From Dehalococcoidia bacterium (GTDB taxonomy: Bacteria > Chloroflexota > Dehalococcoidia > Bin125): 64,000 nt of DNA. Positions 15,962 through 24,693 of this stretch are shown piece by piece. The translations under genes were made by a program, and so were the position numbers. The DNA is taken from positions 714,717-778,716 of the forward strand of contig CBDBPH010000001.1 in the NCBI GenBank assembly GCA_965208665.1. Reading direction: 5' to 3'. Position 1 is the stretch's first letter, and each line of letters starts with the position of its first letter. The notes below the pieces were generated by a model. The model saw only the letters and a program-made list of their open reading frames with translations. It searched no databases and was not told where the DNA came from.

Positions 15962-17524
15962 TCACGGCAGATACGGAATCCGCGCCGTCGGACCTAGATT
16001 CTGCTGGATGTACGACTGAGCGTCGCACACGAATTCGACCATCAACGGCCGCGTGTCCCGGGGATCGATCATGTCCTCGATGCCAAAGGCGTGCGCCGTC
16101 CGCAGCGGCGATCGAATCTCGTTCAGACGCGCCTCAATCTCGAGGCGCTTCTCCTCAGGATCATCGGCTTCGCGGATCTCACGCCGATAAGCGGCGGTCA
16201 CGCCGCCCTCGATGTGCATCGAGCCCCAATGCGCCGACGGCCATGCATAGCGCCGATAGAGCGCGTTGCCGCGTCGATACTGCAACCCGCCCGCCACCCC
16301 ATAAGCCTGCCGCGTGATGAACACCAGGTACGGCATCTGCGACAGCCGACTGGTCAGCATCAATCGTGCGCCGGTACGAATGATTCCTGAGTTCTCGTCG
16401 GCCGGTCCGACCGAGAAGCCAGGCTCGTCGCAGAAGTAAATCAGCGGCAGGTGGAAGGTGTCGCAGAGCGAGATCATACGCATGATCTTCTCCGAGGTCG
16501 CCTTGTTCGGTGAACCGCCGTTCTCGCGCGGATTGTTGATCATCACGCCAACCGGATAGCCATCAACCCGGGCCAGTCCGGTGATCCGCGACTTGCCCCA
16601 GTGCGGCTGGATTTCGAAGAAGGAATCCTTGTCCAGCACCCAGTCCAGTATCCGGCGGGCGTTGTAGATGCGCCGGATGTTGCGCGGGATGATCGAGACC
16701 AGCTTCTCCTCGCGCCGCTCCGGATCGTCGGTCGGCTCGGTCCGCGGGGGCATTTCCCAGACGTTCTGCGGCATGTAGCTGAGGAATCGGCGCGCCTGTC
16801 GCATCGCGTCTTCCTCGGTCTCGGCGAGATTCTGCACCACCCCGTTGCCGTAGACGTGGACATCCTCGCCGCCCAACTCCTCCTTGGAAATCTCCAGCCC
16901 GCGGCTGGCTTTGACCACGGGCGGTCCGCCGACAAAGAGTTGGCTGGTGCCCTTGACCATCACATTGAAGTGTCCGTCAGCCGCGATCACCGCGGGCGCG
17001 CCCGCGACGGAACCGAGCACAACGTTGACAACCGGCATGTACCAGAGCAGATCGTCGACGCCGGTTCCGCCGCCGACCTCGGGACCAACGACGTACGTGC
17101 GCCCGAGCTGCTCGAAGTGCTTGACGCTGCCGCCGGTGGCGTCGAGCAAGCGGACGTAGGGGATCCGGTTCATATATGCGTGCCGCTGGGCCCAGCCGCC
17201 CTTGGTCCCGATCATGCCGTCGGCCGAGCCGCCGCGGATGGTGAAATCGTCGCCCTGCACGGCCACCTTGCGTCCGTTGATCCTGGCAACTCCGACGACC
17301 GAGTTGGCCGGCATCAGTCCGGTCAGTTCATCGCCGTCCCACTGCGGATTGCCGGCCAGCACGCCGGTCTCCTGGAACTCGCCCGGATCGATCAGCAAAT
17401 CAATGCGCTCGCGCACGGTGAGCTTGCCCCGGCCATGGTGAAAGGCCACGCTGTCCGCTCCGCCCATCTGCCGGGCGAACACCGCGCGCCGCTCCATCTC
17501 ATCCAGTTCAGACTGCCAACTCAT
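15962..17524 (-). CDS. Acyl-CoA carboxylase carboxyltransferase subunit (PccB/AccD5-like; possibly a methylmalonyl-CoA decarboxylase-type carboxyltransferase)
   Basis: Start MSWQSELDEM (ATG 17524). Two crotonase-like carboxyltransferase half-domains are present. There is no biotin carboxylase or BCCP gene nearby. Confidence 0.85.
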   Translation of the reverse strand: MSWQSELDEMERRAVFARQMGGADSVAFHHGRGKLTVRERIDLLIDPGEFQETGVLAGNPQWDGDELTGLMPANSVVGVARINGRKVAVQGDDFTIRGGSADGMIGTKGGWAQRHAYMNRIPYVRLLDATGGSVKHFEQLGRTYVVGPEVGGGTGVDDLLWYMPVVNVVLGSVAGAPAVIAADGHFNVMVKGTSQLFVGGPPVVKASRGLEISKEELGGEDVHVYGNGVVQNLAETEEDAMRQARRFLSYMPQNVWEMPPRTEPTDDPERREEKLVSIIPRNIRRIYNARRILDWVLDKDSFFEIQPHWGKSRITGLARVDGYPVGVMINNPRENGGSPNKATSEKIMRMISLCDTFHLPLIYFCDEPGFSVGPADENSGIIRTGARLMLTSRLSQMPYLVFITRQAYGVAGGLQYRRGNALYRRYAWPSAHWGSMHIEGGVTAAYRREIREADDPEEKRLEIEARLNEIRSPLRTAHAFGIEDMIDPRDTRPLMVEFVCDAQSYIQQNLGPTARIPYLP

Positions 17525-17705
17525 CAGCGGCTCCCTGAGATCGACGGTCGCCGGACATGTTGACCGCCAGCGAGACCACAATAGTCCGAATCCCCGGCGC
17601 GTTGATTGCCGCTGCGCAGCATCCTGCGTGACCGGGCGCCGGCACTGACCGACCAGCTCGGTCCTATCCTGCGCGGGCTGCGTTGCCAACAGCAGGGATG
17701 GACCC

Positions 17706-19964
17706 ATGCCAGCGATGGAACACGAACGCGGATTCAGCGGCAAGATCCGCCGCACCATTCAAGACTCGGAGCGCGCATGGAACGAAGAGCCACGTGCCAA
17801 GGGCCCCAACGTTGTCGTGATCGTCCTCGACGACGTCGGCTACTCGCAGCTTGGCTGCTACGGCTCCAGCATCGAGACCCCCGCCCTCGACCGCATCGCC
17901 GCCCAGGGACTGCGCTACTCCAACTTCCACGTCACACCGCTCTGTTCCCCGACTCGCGCCTGCCTGCTCACCGGACGCAACCACCACGCCGTCGGCATCG
18001 GACGCGTGACCGAGATGGACAACGGCTTCCCCAACACCGCCGGATTCATCGCACGCGAAGCGGGCACGCTCGCCGAAATGCTCAAGCCCAGCGGTTACCG
18101 CACCATGTGCGTGGGCAAGTGGCATCTCGTCGTCAGCACCATGCAGACGCCGGCAGGACCCTACGACCACTGGCCCCTGCAACGAGGCTTCGACCGCTAC
18201 TACGGCTTCCTCTTCGGCGAGACCAGCCAGTGGAATCCCGAGCTATTCCTCGGCAATGAACGAATCGATGCGCCGCCCACCGTCGAATCAGGCGACGACT
18301 ACCACCTCTCCGAAGCCATCGTCGACCGCGCAAATTTGTGGCTGCGCCAGCTTGCGTCCGCCGACGACGACGCTCCCTTCTTCCTCTACGTGGCCTTCGC
18401 GGCGGCGCATTCGCCGCATCACGTTCCACCTGCATATGCCGACAAGTACCGCGGCCGCTTCGATGACGGCTGGGATGTCGAGCGCGACCGGATCCTCGCC
18501 CGTCAGCGCGCATCAGGTCTGCTGCCCGAAGATCAGCGGCTCGCTGCGCGTAACCCAAACGTCCGTCCCTGGGACGACCTCGAAGACGACGAGCGACGCG
18601 TTTACGCCCGCATGCAGGAGGTCTTCGCCGGATTCCTCGACCACGCCGATGTCCAGATTGGCCGTCTGCTGGACGAGTTGGATCGATTGGGCAAGCTGGA
18701 CGACACGCTGGTGATCGCGATCTCCGACAACGGCGCATCAGCCGAGGGCGGAGCCGGCGGCACCGTCGATCACACTCGCCGCCGAAACGCGGTCCGCGAC
18801 ACGCTCGATGAGATTACCCCGCGGCTCGACGATCTGGGAGGCCCGCTGGTCATGAATCACTACCCGCGTGGTTGGGCAATGGCCGGCAACACGCCGTTCA
18901 AGCGCTACAAAGCCCAGACGCACTCCGGCGGCATCCGCGCTCCCCTCATAATCTCCTGGCCAAAGGGAATCGCCGCCCGCGGCCAGACGCGCCGGCAGTT
19001 CTGCCATGTCGTCGACCTGGCCCCGACGATCCTCGACCTCGCCGGCGTCGACATGCCGGATTCAATCAACGGCATCGAGCAGATCCCCATCCACGGCGTC
19101 TCGCTCAGCTCCACGCTCGCGGATGCGGGCGCACCCTCACCCAAGACGACGCAGTACTTCGAGATGGTCGGCAACCGCGCCATCTGGCACGAAGGCTGGA
19201 AGGCGGTCACCTTCCACGAACCCGGTGCCGACTACGACGCCGAACCATGGGAGCTCTACCACCTCGAGCAGGACATCGCCGAACTGAACGACCTGGCTGA
19301 GGTTGAGCCGGAACGGCTTCGGACGATGGTCGACCTCTGGTGGCAGGAGGCCGAACGCTACGGCGTGCTACCGCTCGACGACCTGACCGGCGGTCACCAG
19401 TTGCGGCTGCAGCGTCCCGGTCCTGGCCGCTGGGTCTTCCAGCAGGGCGCCGTCCTGCCCCATTTCTTCCGCCCGGGACCGTTCCTGCTGGGCAGTTCGC
19501 ACCGAATCGAGGCTCAGATCGAGCGCGCCAGCACGGCGCAGGGCGGCGTCATCCTCGCCGACGGCGGCCGCTTCGGCGGCATCGCGCTCTACATCCAGAA
19601 CAACCGCCTCTGTTACACGACCAACGCCTTTGGCGAACACAGCCGCATGATCTCCGACGCCGCCATCCCGGTCGGGTCGGTCACCGTACGAGCCGACGTT
19701 GTTCGCGTTGCCGACGGCCAGGCTTCGATCCAGATGTTCATCGACGACGAACCGGCCGGAGGCGGAATCGTGTTCCACTTCGAGGATCGCAACTACGTCA
19801 ACGAGCCATTGGAGGTCGGACGCGACGGCCAGACCCCGGTCGACGACCGCTACGATTCACCGTTCGAGTTCCAGGGCCGCCTGCTGGACGTCACCATCGA
19901 CTCCGCCGGTCGCGAGATCGAGGATCCACAGGCGCTTATCGACGACCTCATGCGCAGCCAATGA
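17706..19964 (+). CDS. Arylsulfatase-family (type I, formylglycine-dependent) sulfatase with a C-terminal extension. No signal peptide.
   Basis: 752 aa. VVIVLDDVGYSQLGCYG... and the CSPTRACLLTGR sulfatase signature (Cys/FGly) are present. About 250 aa follow the catalytic domain. Confidence 0.85.
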   Translation: MPAMEHERGFSGKIRRTIQDSERAWNEEPRAKGPNVVVIVLDDVGYSQLGCYGSSIETPALDRIAAQGLRYSNFHVTPLCSPTRACLLTGRNHHAVGIGRVTEMDNGFPNTAGFIAREAGTLAEMLKPSGYRTMCVGKWHLVVSTMQTPAGPYDHWPLQRGFDRYYGFLFGETSQWNPELFLGNERIDAPPTVESGDDYHLSEAIVDRANLWLRQLASADDDAPFFLYVAFAAAHSPHHVPPAYADKYRGRFDDGWDVERDRILARQRASGLLPEDQRLAARNPNVRPWDDLEDDERRVYARMQEVFAGFLDHADVQIGRLLDELDRLGKLDDTLVIAISDNGASAEGGAGGTVDHTRRRNAVRDTLDEITPRLDDLGGPLVMNHYPRGWAMAGNTPFKRYKAQTHSGGIRAPLIISWPKGIAARGQTRRQFCHVVDLAPTILDLAGVDMPDSINGIEQIPIHGVSLSSTLADAGAPSPKTTQYFEMVGNRAIWHEGWKAVTFHEPGADYDAEPWELYHLEQDIAELNDLAEVEPERLRTMVDLWWQEAERYGVLPLDDLTGGHQLRLQRPGPGRWVFQQGAVLPHFFRPGPFLLGSSHRIEAQIERASTAQGGVILADGGRFGGIALYIQNNRLCYTTNAFGEHSRMISDAAIPVGSVTVRADVVRVADGQASIQMFIDDEPAGGGIVFHFEDRNYVNEPLEVGRDGQTPVDDRYDSPFEFQGRLLDVTIDSAGREIEDPQALIDDLMRSQ

Positions 19965-19999
19965 ACACGGGCTAAGCCCCCCGACCCACTGCTGACTCA

Positions 20000-20060
20000 A
20001 TCCCCTCTCTCCCCCCGCTCCGCGGGCGGAGATGCCGCAGGCAGAAGGGGGCCGCCTTCC
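20000..20060. repeat. GC-rich hairpin repeat, copy C
   Basis: TCTCCCCCCGCTCCGCGGGCGGAGATGCCGCAGGCAGAAGGGGGCCGCC contains the palindrome CTCCGC GG GCGGAG and is near-identical to copy B at 8872-8915. Confidence 0.45.
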
Positions 20061-20240
20061 GAACTGTTGCCGCGTCAACACCAGCCAATCGCCATCGTAC
20101 GCATGTTCTGTTACCATTCATCCAACATCACCCGCGCGATGCTGAAAGCAACTCCTGATGATCCGCTCACGCCGCCCCGAACAACGCCCGCGCTTCCTCG
20201 CACGCAACCGCGCGGACCCAACCCCGTTCCGCACCGCAAC

Positions 20241-20460
20241 GAACACAGCCGAACAAATCTGAACGAATCCGAACGCTCCGCAAGCCTCCATCGACGTCGT
20301 TCCACCGTTCCGCGCCCGCCCGGCACGGCTGAAGCACCCTGAACGAACCTGAAAAAACCTGAATGCCCTCGCGGTCACGATTCCCCGCAAAACACTGGAG
20401 ATCGTCGCCGCTGGTCCGCAATCTTGGCGCGGAAAAAAGAATTCGTCGAAAACCTGAAAC
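20241..20460. promoter_or_regulatory. Array of 10-bp-phased GAAC/CCTGAA direct repeats in the long leader/promoter region of the LLM gene pair
   Basis: GAAC begins at 20241, 20251, 20261, 20271, 20341, 20351 and 20361, all in the same 10-bp register. Three CCTGAA units sit exactly 10 bp apart (20338-20363), with a fourth at 20453. Local GC is lower than the flanking sequence. Confidence 0.3.
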
Positions 20461-20521
20461 TCGGGCACAGGCGGTACCCTCGCTCCAGCCCGGATAGACC
20501 GCCAAATGATGGAGGTGCCCG

Positions 20522-21607
20522 ATGACAGTTGAGTTTTGGACGATGGGCGCTGGCGTCCCGACCAGATCCGTCCCAGGCGCCGGCTCCGGCATGCCTGCCT
20601 TCGACGGCGTGCAGATGGCCGTCGAGGCCGAACGACTGGGCTACGACGGGATCGTCTGGGTCGACAGTCAGAACCTGGCCGCAGACTGCTACATCTCCAT
20701 GGCCTTGGCCGCCCACGCGACCTCACGCATCCAACTCGGTACCGGTGTAACCAACTCCTACACCCGCCATGCAGCGATCACCGCCTCCTGCATCGCCACG
20801 ATCCAGGCGGAGAGCCAGGGTCGAGCCCACGTGGGCATCGGCCGCGGCGACTCCGCGCTGGCCCACCTCGGTCTCGCTCCCCACGCCGTCGATCCCTTCG
20901 AGCGCTATCTCCAGGATCTGCAAACGTATCTGCGCGGTGAGAACGTCCAGTTTGGCGACACCGACGTCGACGCGCTCGGCCTGGCCGATACGCCGGAATC
21001 CAGCAACATTCGCTACATGAACGGCATGGGTCCGAAAGTCCCGGTCGATGTCGCCGCAACCGGACCGCGCGTGATCCAGGCAGCCGCCCGTCACGCCGAC
21101 CGAATCAGCTTCAACGTCGGCGCCGATGTCGACCGGACGCTCTGGGGCATGGACGTCGCCCGCGAAGCCCGCGTCGAAGCCGGCCTCGACCCGGAAATCC
21201 CCTTCGCCGCCTACATCCCCCTCGCCGTGCACGACGACCCCGAGCAGGCCATGCAGATCGGAGCCGGGCAGGTCTCACTCTTCGCCCGCTTCTCCAACAT
21301 GTATGGCGAGATCGTCGGACCGGCGACGGAACAGCAGACCAAAGTCCTCACCGATATCCACGACAACTACGACATGCACGGACACGGACGCCCGGGCAGC
21401 GCTCAGGCGGGCGTGATCCCGGCCGAGTTCGAGCGCTCCTTTGGCGTCTTCGGTCCGCCCGACTACGTCGTGCAGCGCCTCGGCGAGCTGATCGAGATCG
21501 GAATCGACCGCTTCATCTTCCGTGGCTCCCCGCTCGACCCGTCCAACCCCGACACCGAATCGAGCGTCCGTTTCGCCCAGGAGGTCGTTCCGCAGTTGAA
21601 AGGCTGA
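20522..21607 (+). CDS. Luciferase-like monooxygenase (LLM) family, probably F420-dependent oxidoreductase
   Basis: 361 aa TIM-barrel LLM pattern (GIGRGDSALAHLGL...). RBS GGAGG upstream of ATG 20522. Confidence 0.8.
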   Translation: MTVEFWTMGAGVPTRSVPGAGSGMPAFDGVQMAVEAERLGYDGIVWVDSQNLAADCYISMALAAHATSRIQLGTGVTNSYTRHAAITASCIATIQAESQGRAHVGIGRGDSALAHLGLAPHAVDPFERYLQDLQTYLRGENVQFGDTDVDALGLADTPESSNIRYMNGMGPKVPVDVAATGPRVIQAAARHADRISFNVGADVDRTLWGMDVAREARVEAGLDPEIPFAAYIPLAVHDDPEQAMQIGAGQVSLFARFSNMYGEIVGPATEQQTKVLTDIHDNYDMHGHGRPGSAQAGVIPAEFERSFGVFGPPDYVVQRLGELIEIGIDRFIFRGSPLDPSNPDTESSVRFAQEVVPQLKG

Positions 21608-21612
21608 GCACT

Positions 21613-22680
21613 ATGCCCGTCGAGTTCTGGACATCGGGACGAGGCCTGGCCTCGAGCGATAACCCGTCTGCGTTCACCTCAGCCAGACAGGCCCAACGGG
21701 CTGAGGAGTTGGGCTTCGACGGCATCAACTTCGTCGACAGTCAAAACCGGGCCAGCGACTGCTACGTCGCGTTGACCGTTGCGGCGCACGCGACCACACG
21801 GCTCAAGCTGGGGACGGGAGTAACCAACTCCTACACCCGGCATCCCGCCGTCACCGCCTCGGCGATCGCCGCGATTCAGGCCGAGAGCGGCGGGCGCGCC
21901 CATCTCGGCATCGGACGCGGGGATTCGGCGCTGGCCCATCTCGGACTGGCGCCGCACGCGGTGCCCAGGTTCGAGCACTATCTGGAACAACTCCAGGGAT
22001 ACCTGCGCGGCGACGATGTGGAGTTCGGCGAGACCGACGTCCACGTCCTGGGCCTCGCCGACACACCCGACACCAGCCGCATCGAATGGCTCAACCCGTC
22101 CTATGCCAAAGTGCCTGTCGATGTGGCCGCGACCGGTCCGCGCGTGATCGCCGCGGCGGCTCGACACGCCGAACAGGTCAGCCTCGCGGTTGGCGGCGAC
22201 CCCGACCGCGTCAAGTGGGGCATGGAGGTCGCCCGCGAAGCTCGCGCCGAGGCAGGGCTCGACCCGGAAATCGCGTTCGGCGCCTACATCCCGACCGTGG
22301 TCCACGACGACCCGGAGGTCGCGCTGTCAATTGGCTCTGCCGGCCTCTCACTCTTCGCCCGTTTCTCCAACATGTACGGCGAAATCGTCGGACCCGTCAC
22401 CGACTACCAGCGCGATGTGCTGACCAGGATCCACGACAGTTACGACATGCACGGTCACGCGCGAGACGGCAGTCCGCAGTCCGGCCACGTGACGCAGGAG
22501 TTCGCCGGCAGCTTCGGCATCTTCGGCCCGCCGGACTATTGCGTCCAGCGCCTCGGAGAACTGATCGAGTTGGGCGTCACGCGCTTCTTCACTCCCGGCG
22601 CCACGAACGACCCCAGCCACCCCGACTCCGAGTGCAGCGAGCGCTTCGTCAGCGACGTCGCGCCGCAGCTCAGGCGCTAA
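21613..22680 (+). CDS. LLM-family (probably F420-dependent) oxidoreductase, tandem paralog
   Basis: 355 aa. It is collinear with the upstream gene over its whole length (MxVEFWT... GTGVTNSYTRH... SLFARFSNMYGEIVGP...). Confidence 0.8.
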   Translation: MPVEFWTSGRGLASSDNPSAFTSARQAQRAEELGFDGINFVDSQNRASDCYVALTVAAHATTRLKLGTGVTNSYTRHPAVTASAIAAIQAESGGRAHLGIGRGDSALAHLGLAPHAVPRFEHYLEQLQGYLRGDDVEFGETDVHVLGLADTPDTSRIEWLNPSYAKVPVDVAATGPRVIAAAARHAEQVSLAVGGDPDRVKWGMEVAREARAEAGLDPEIAFGAYIPTVVHDDPEVALSIGSAGLSLFARFSNMYGEIVGPVTDYQRDVLTRIHDSYDMHGHARDGSPQSGHVTQEFAGSFGIFGPPDYCVQRLGELIELGVTRFFTPGATNDPSHPDSECSERFVSDVAPQLRR

Positions 22681-22683
22681 GGG

Positions 22684-23853
22684 TCATACCGAGGCCGCAT
22701 CGTCGAGGAACTTCAGCAACAGCTCCGCCACCGCCTCCGGCTGCTCCTGCTGGACCCAGTGACCGGCCCCGTCGACCAGGTGCATCCCTTGCAGCTTGGT
22801 GCACGCCGTGGCCATCCGGTCCCAGCCACCCGGCGACTGGTACACGCCCCAGTCCGAGGAGCCGCCAATGAACGCCGCCGGCACGTCGATCGTCTGGCCG
22901 TGAAACAGCTGCAGCTGCGCCACGCACTCAGGGTCTCGCGTCGCCCGATACCAGTTCAGCCCACCCTGAAATCCGTTGCGCGAGTACTCACCCGCATAGA
23001 CGGCCATCTCCGCCTCCGACAGCCACGAGCAGTTGGCGATCTCCTCGGCCGACGGCATCTCGTGCGCCACCGTCGTCGGCATGTCCTCATCAAGATCCAT
23101 CACGTAGTAGGTCGGCAGCTTGGCCAGCTCTGTCGCGCTCCACGCCTCCAGCGGATGCGGACGGTTCTGCGTCCAGTCCGCGCTCTTGTGGTGGTAGTAG
23201 GCGCGCAGGAAGTCATGAACGCCCTGCGGTGCATTGGTCATGTCAGAGTCCGCCGGTCGGGTGCAGTAGTAGAGCTGATAGTGCTTGCGCGGTCGGTCCA
23301 GCGCCGCCAGATCGTCGGCAATACTGGCCGAACCCGCCGCGCCCGACCCGCGAAGCTCACCCGCAGGAAGCCCCGGAGCCCCGCCAAACGGTCCGCTCAT
23401 CGTCACCACCGAGCGGAAGATGTCGGGCCGAATCAACGCGCAATACGCCGCCACAGGCGAGCCGAAATCATGCCCGAACACGCCGTCCACCGAGTCCCAG
23501 CCCAGCGCACTCACCAGCCCGACCGCGTCCCGGGTCAGGTTCAGCATCCCGTAGGGGATCAGGCTGTCGTCGTAGCTCGCGGACCAACCGGTTGTTCGGC
23601 CGTAGCCACGCTGGTCGGGCGCAACCACGTGAAACCCGGCCGCGGCCAGCATCGGCATCACCTTGCGCCAGCTGTAAGCGATCTCGGGAAAGCCGTGCAG
23701 CAGCAGCAACCGAGGACGGTCCTCGCCTTCCCAGCCCGCTTCGAGAATATGAACCGTCAGCCCGTTTACCCCGTCGACAAACCGCGAGCGGATGCTCTCA
23801 TCCATCGTCCCCTCGCCATAGCCGGTCAAGTTCGCCATCGTCGGTCCCTTCAC
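22684..23853 (-). CDS. Alpha/beta-hydrolase, epoxide-hydrolase-like
   Basis: LLLLHGFPEIAYSWR (the HGFPE/W motif of the epoxide hydrolase subfamily) and a nucleophile elbow GHDFGS. It is convergent with the LLM gene with a 3-bp gap. Confidence 0.75.
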   Translation of the reverse strand: MKGPTMANLTGYGEGTMDESIRSRFVDGVNGLTVHILEAGWEGEDRPRLLLLHGFPEIAYSWRKVMPMLAAAGFHVVAPDQRGYGRTTGWSASYDDSLIPYGMLNLTRDAVGLVSALGWDSVDGVFGHDFGSPVAAYCALIRPDIFRSVVTMSGPFGGAPGLPAGELRGSGAAGSASIADDLAALDRPRKHYQLYYCTRPADSDMTNAPQGVHDFLRAYYHHKSADWTQNRPHPLEAWSATELAKLPTYYVMDLDEDMPTTVAHEMPSAEEIANCSWLSEAEMAVYAGEYSRNGFQGGLNWYRATRDPECVAQLQLFHGQTIDVPAAFIGGSSDWGVYQSPGGWDRMATACTKLQGMHLVDGAGHWVQQEQPEAVAELLLKFLDDAASV

Positions 23854-23868
23854 CGCCGCCCGGGCGCG

Positions 23869-24657
23869 TCAGCGCCCCTTGAACTGCGGCGTTCGCTTCT
23901 CCATGAACGCCCTCGGACCTTCGATCGCGTCCTCGCTGCCGAACGCTCTCGCGCCCAGCAACGACTCCATGCTCCACGCTTGCTCCCAGGACATGCCCAT
24001 CGAGCCGCGAACGACGATCTCTTTGGCCGTCCGCACCGCGAGCGGGCCGTTCGCGCAGATCAGATCGGCGATCGCATGAGTCGTGGACATCAGGTCTTCA
24101 AGCGGCACGACTCGATTGATCAGCCCACAATGCAATGCTTCCTGCGCGCTGAGCCGGCGGCCGGTCAGCAGGATCTCCATCGCCCAGGCCCACGGAATCT
24201 GGCGCGGCAGGCGGATGTGCGCTCCGGCGTCGGGGACGATACCCCAGCGGACCTCCTGCAACCCGAACTCGGCGTGCTCGGCCGCGACGCGAATGTCGGT
24301 ACCCAGCATGTACTCAAGTCCGCCGGCGATGCAGTAGCCATTGATCGCCGAAAGCACCGGCTTGAACACGCGGTGCAGATTGCGCGTCTCGTTCACTTTG
24401 AGCGGCTCGTTGCGAGCACCCCCGGCTTTGGCCGGGATCGTGCTGCTCAAGTCGGCCCCGGCGCAGAACGCCCGTTCTCCCGCCCCGGTAATGATCGCGA
24501 CCCACAGATCGGGATCGCTATTGAAGTCCTCCGTCGCGTCGCGCAGCAACGACAGCAGCTCAAGCGACATCGCGTTCATCCGCTCGGGTCGGTTGAACGT
24601 GATCACACAACGCTTGTTGGCAGGGTCTTTCTCGTAGATCAGCGGCAGGTCGGACAT
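23869..24657 (-). CDS. Enoyl-CoA hydratase/isomerase family protein
   Basis: 262 aa. FNRPERMNAMS, FCAGADL and GYCIAGGLE crotonase motifs. Confidence 0.85.
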   Translation of the reverse strand: MSDLPLIYEKDPANKRCVITFNRPERMNAMSLELLSLLRDATEDFNSDPDLWVAIITGAGERAFCAGADLSSTIPAKAGGARNEPLKVNETRNLHRVFKPVLSAINGYCIAGGLEYMLGTDIRVAAEHAEFGLQEVRWGIVPDAGAHIRLPRQIPWAWAMEILLTGRRLSAQEALHCGLINRVVPLEDLMSTTHAIADLICANGPLAVRTAKEIVVRGSMGMSWEQAWSMESLLGARAFGSEDAIEGPRAFMEKRTPQFKGR

Positions 24658-24693
24658 CGATCACCTCCTTGACTTCGATCAGAGCCTATGGGG

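Noticed and set aside
12229-17758. Long N-terminal extensions in ORF-track entries 12229..14730, 14481..15956, 15962..17758 (and similarly 24694..26025, 27106..28248, 30866..32176, 49956..51824, 53695..54696, 46501..49155)
   Set aside because: The extensions are low-complexity Arg/Pro/Ala run-on upstream of good internal ATG+RBS sites, and they overlap neighbouring genes. Starts were trimmed to the first Met that begins family-conserved sequence.
20118-20726. 202-aa Arg-rich - strand ORF (and several 60-140-aa ORFs) spanning the 557-bp non-coding region and the LLM gene start
   Set aside because: The composition (runs of R/S/P/G) is typical of random ORFs in GC-rich DNA. It overlaps the well-supported LLM gene start and the repeat element.
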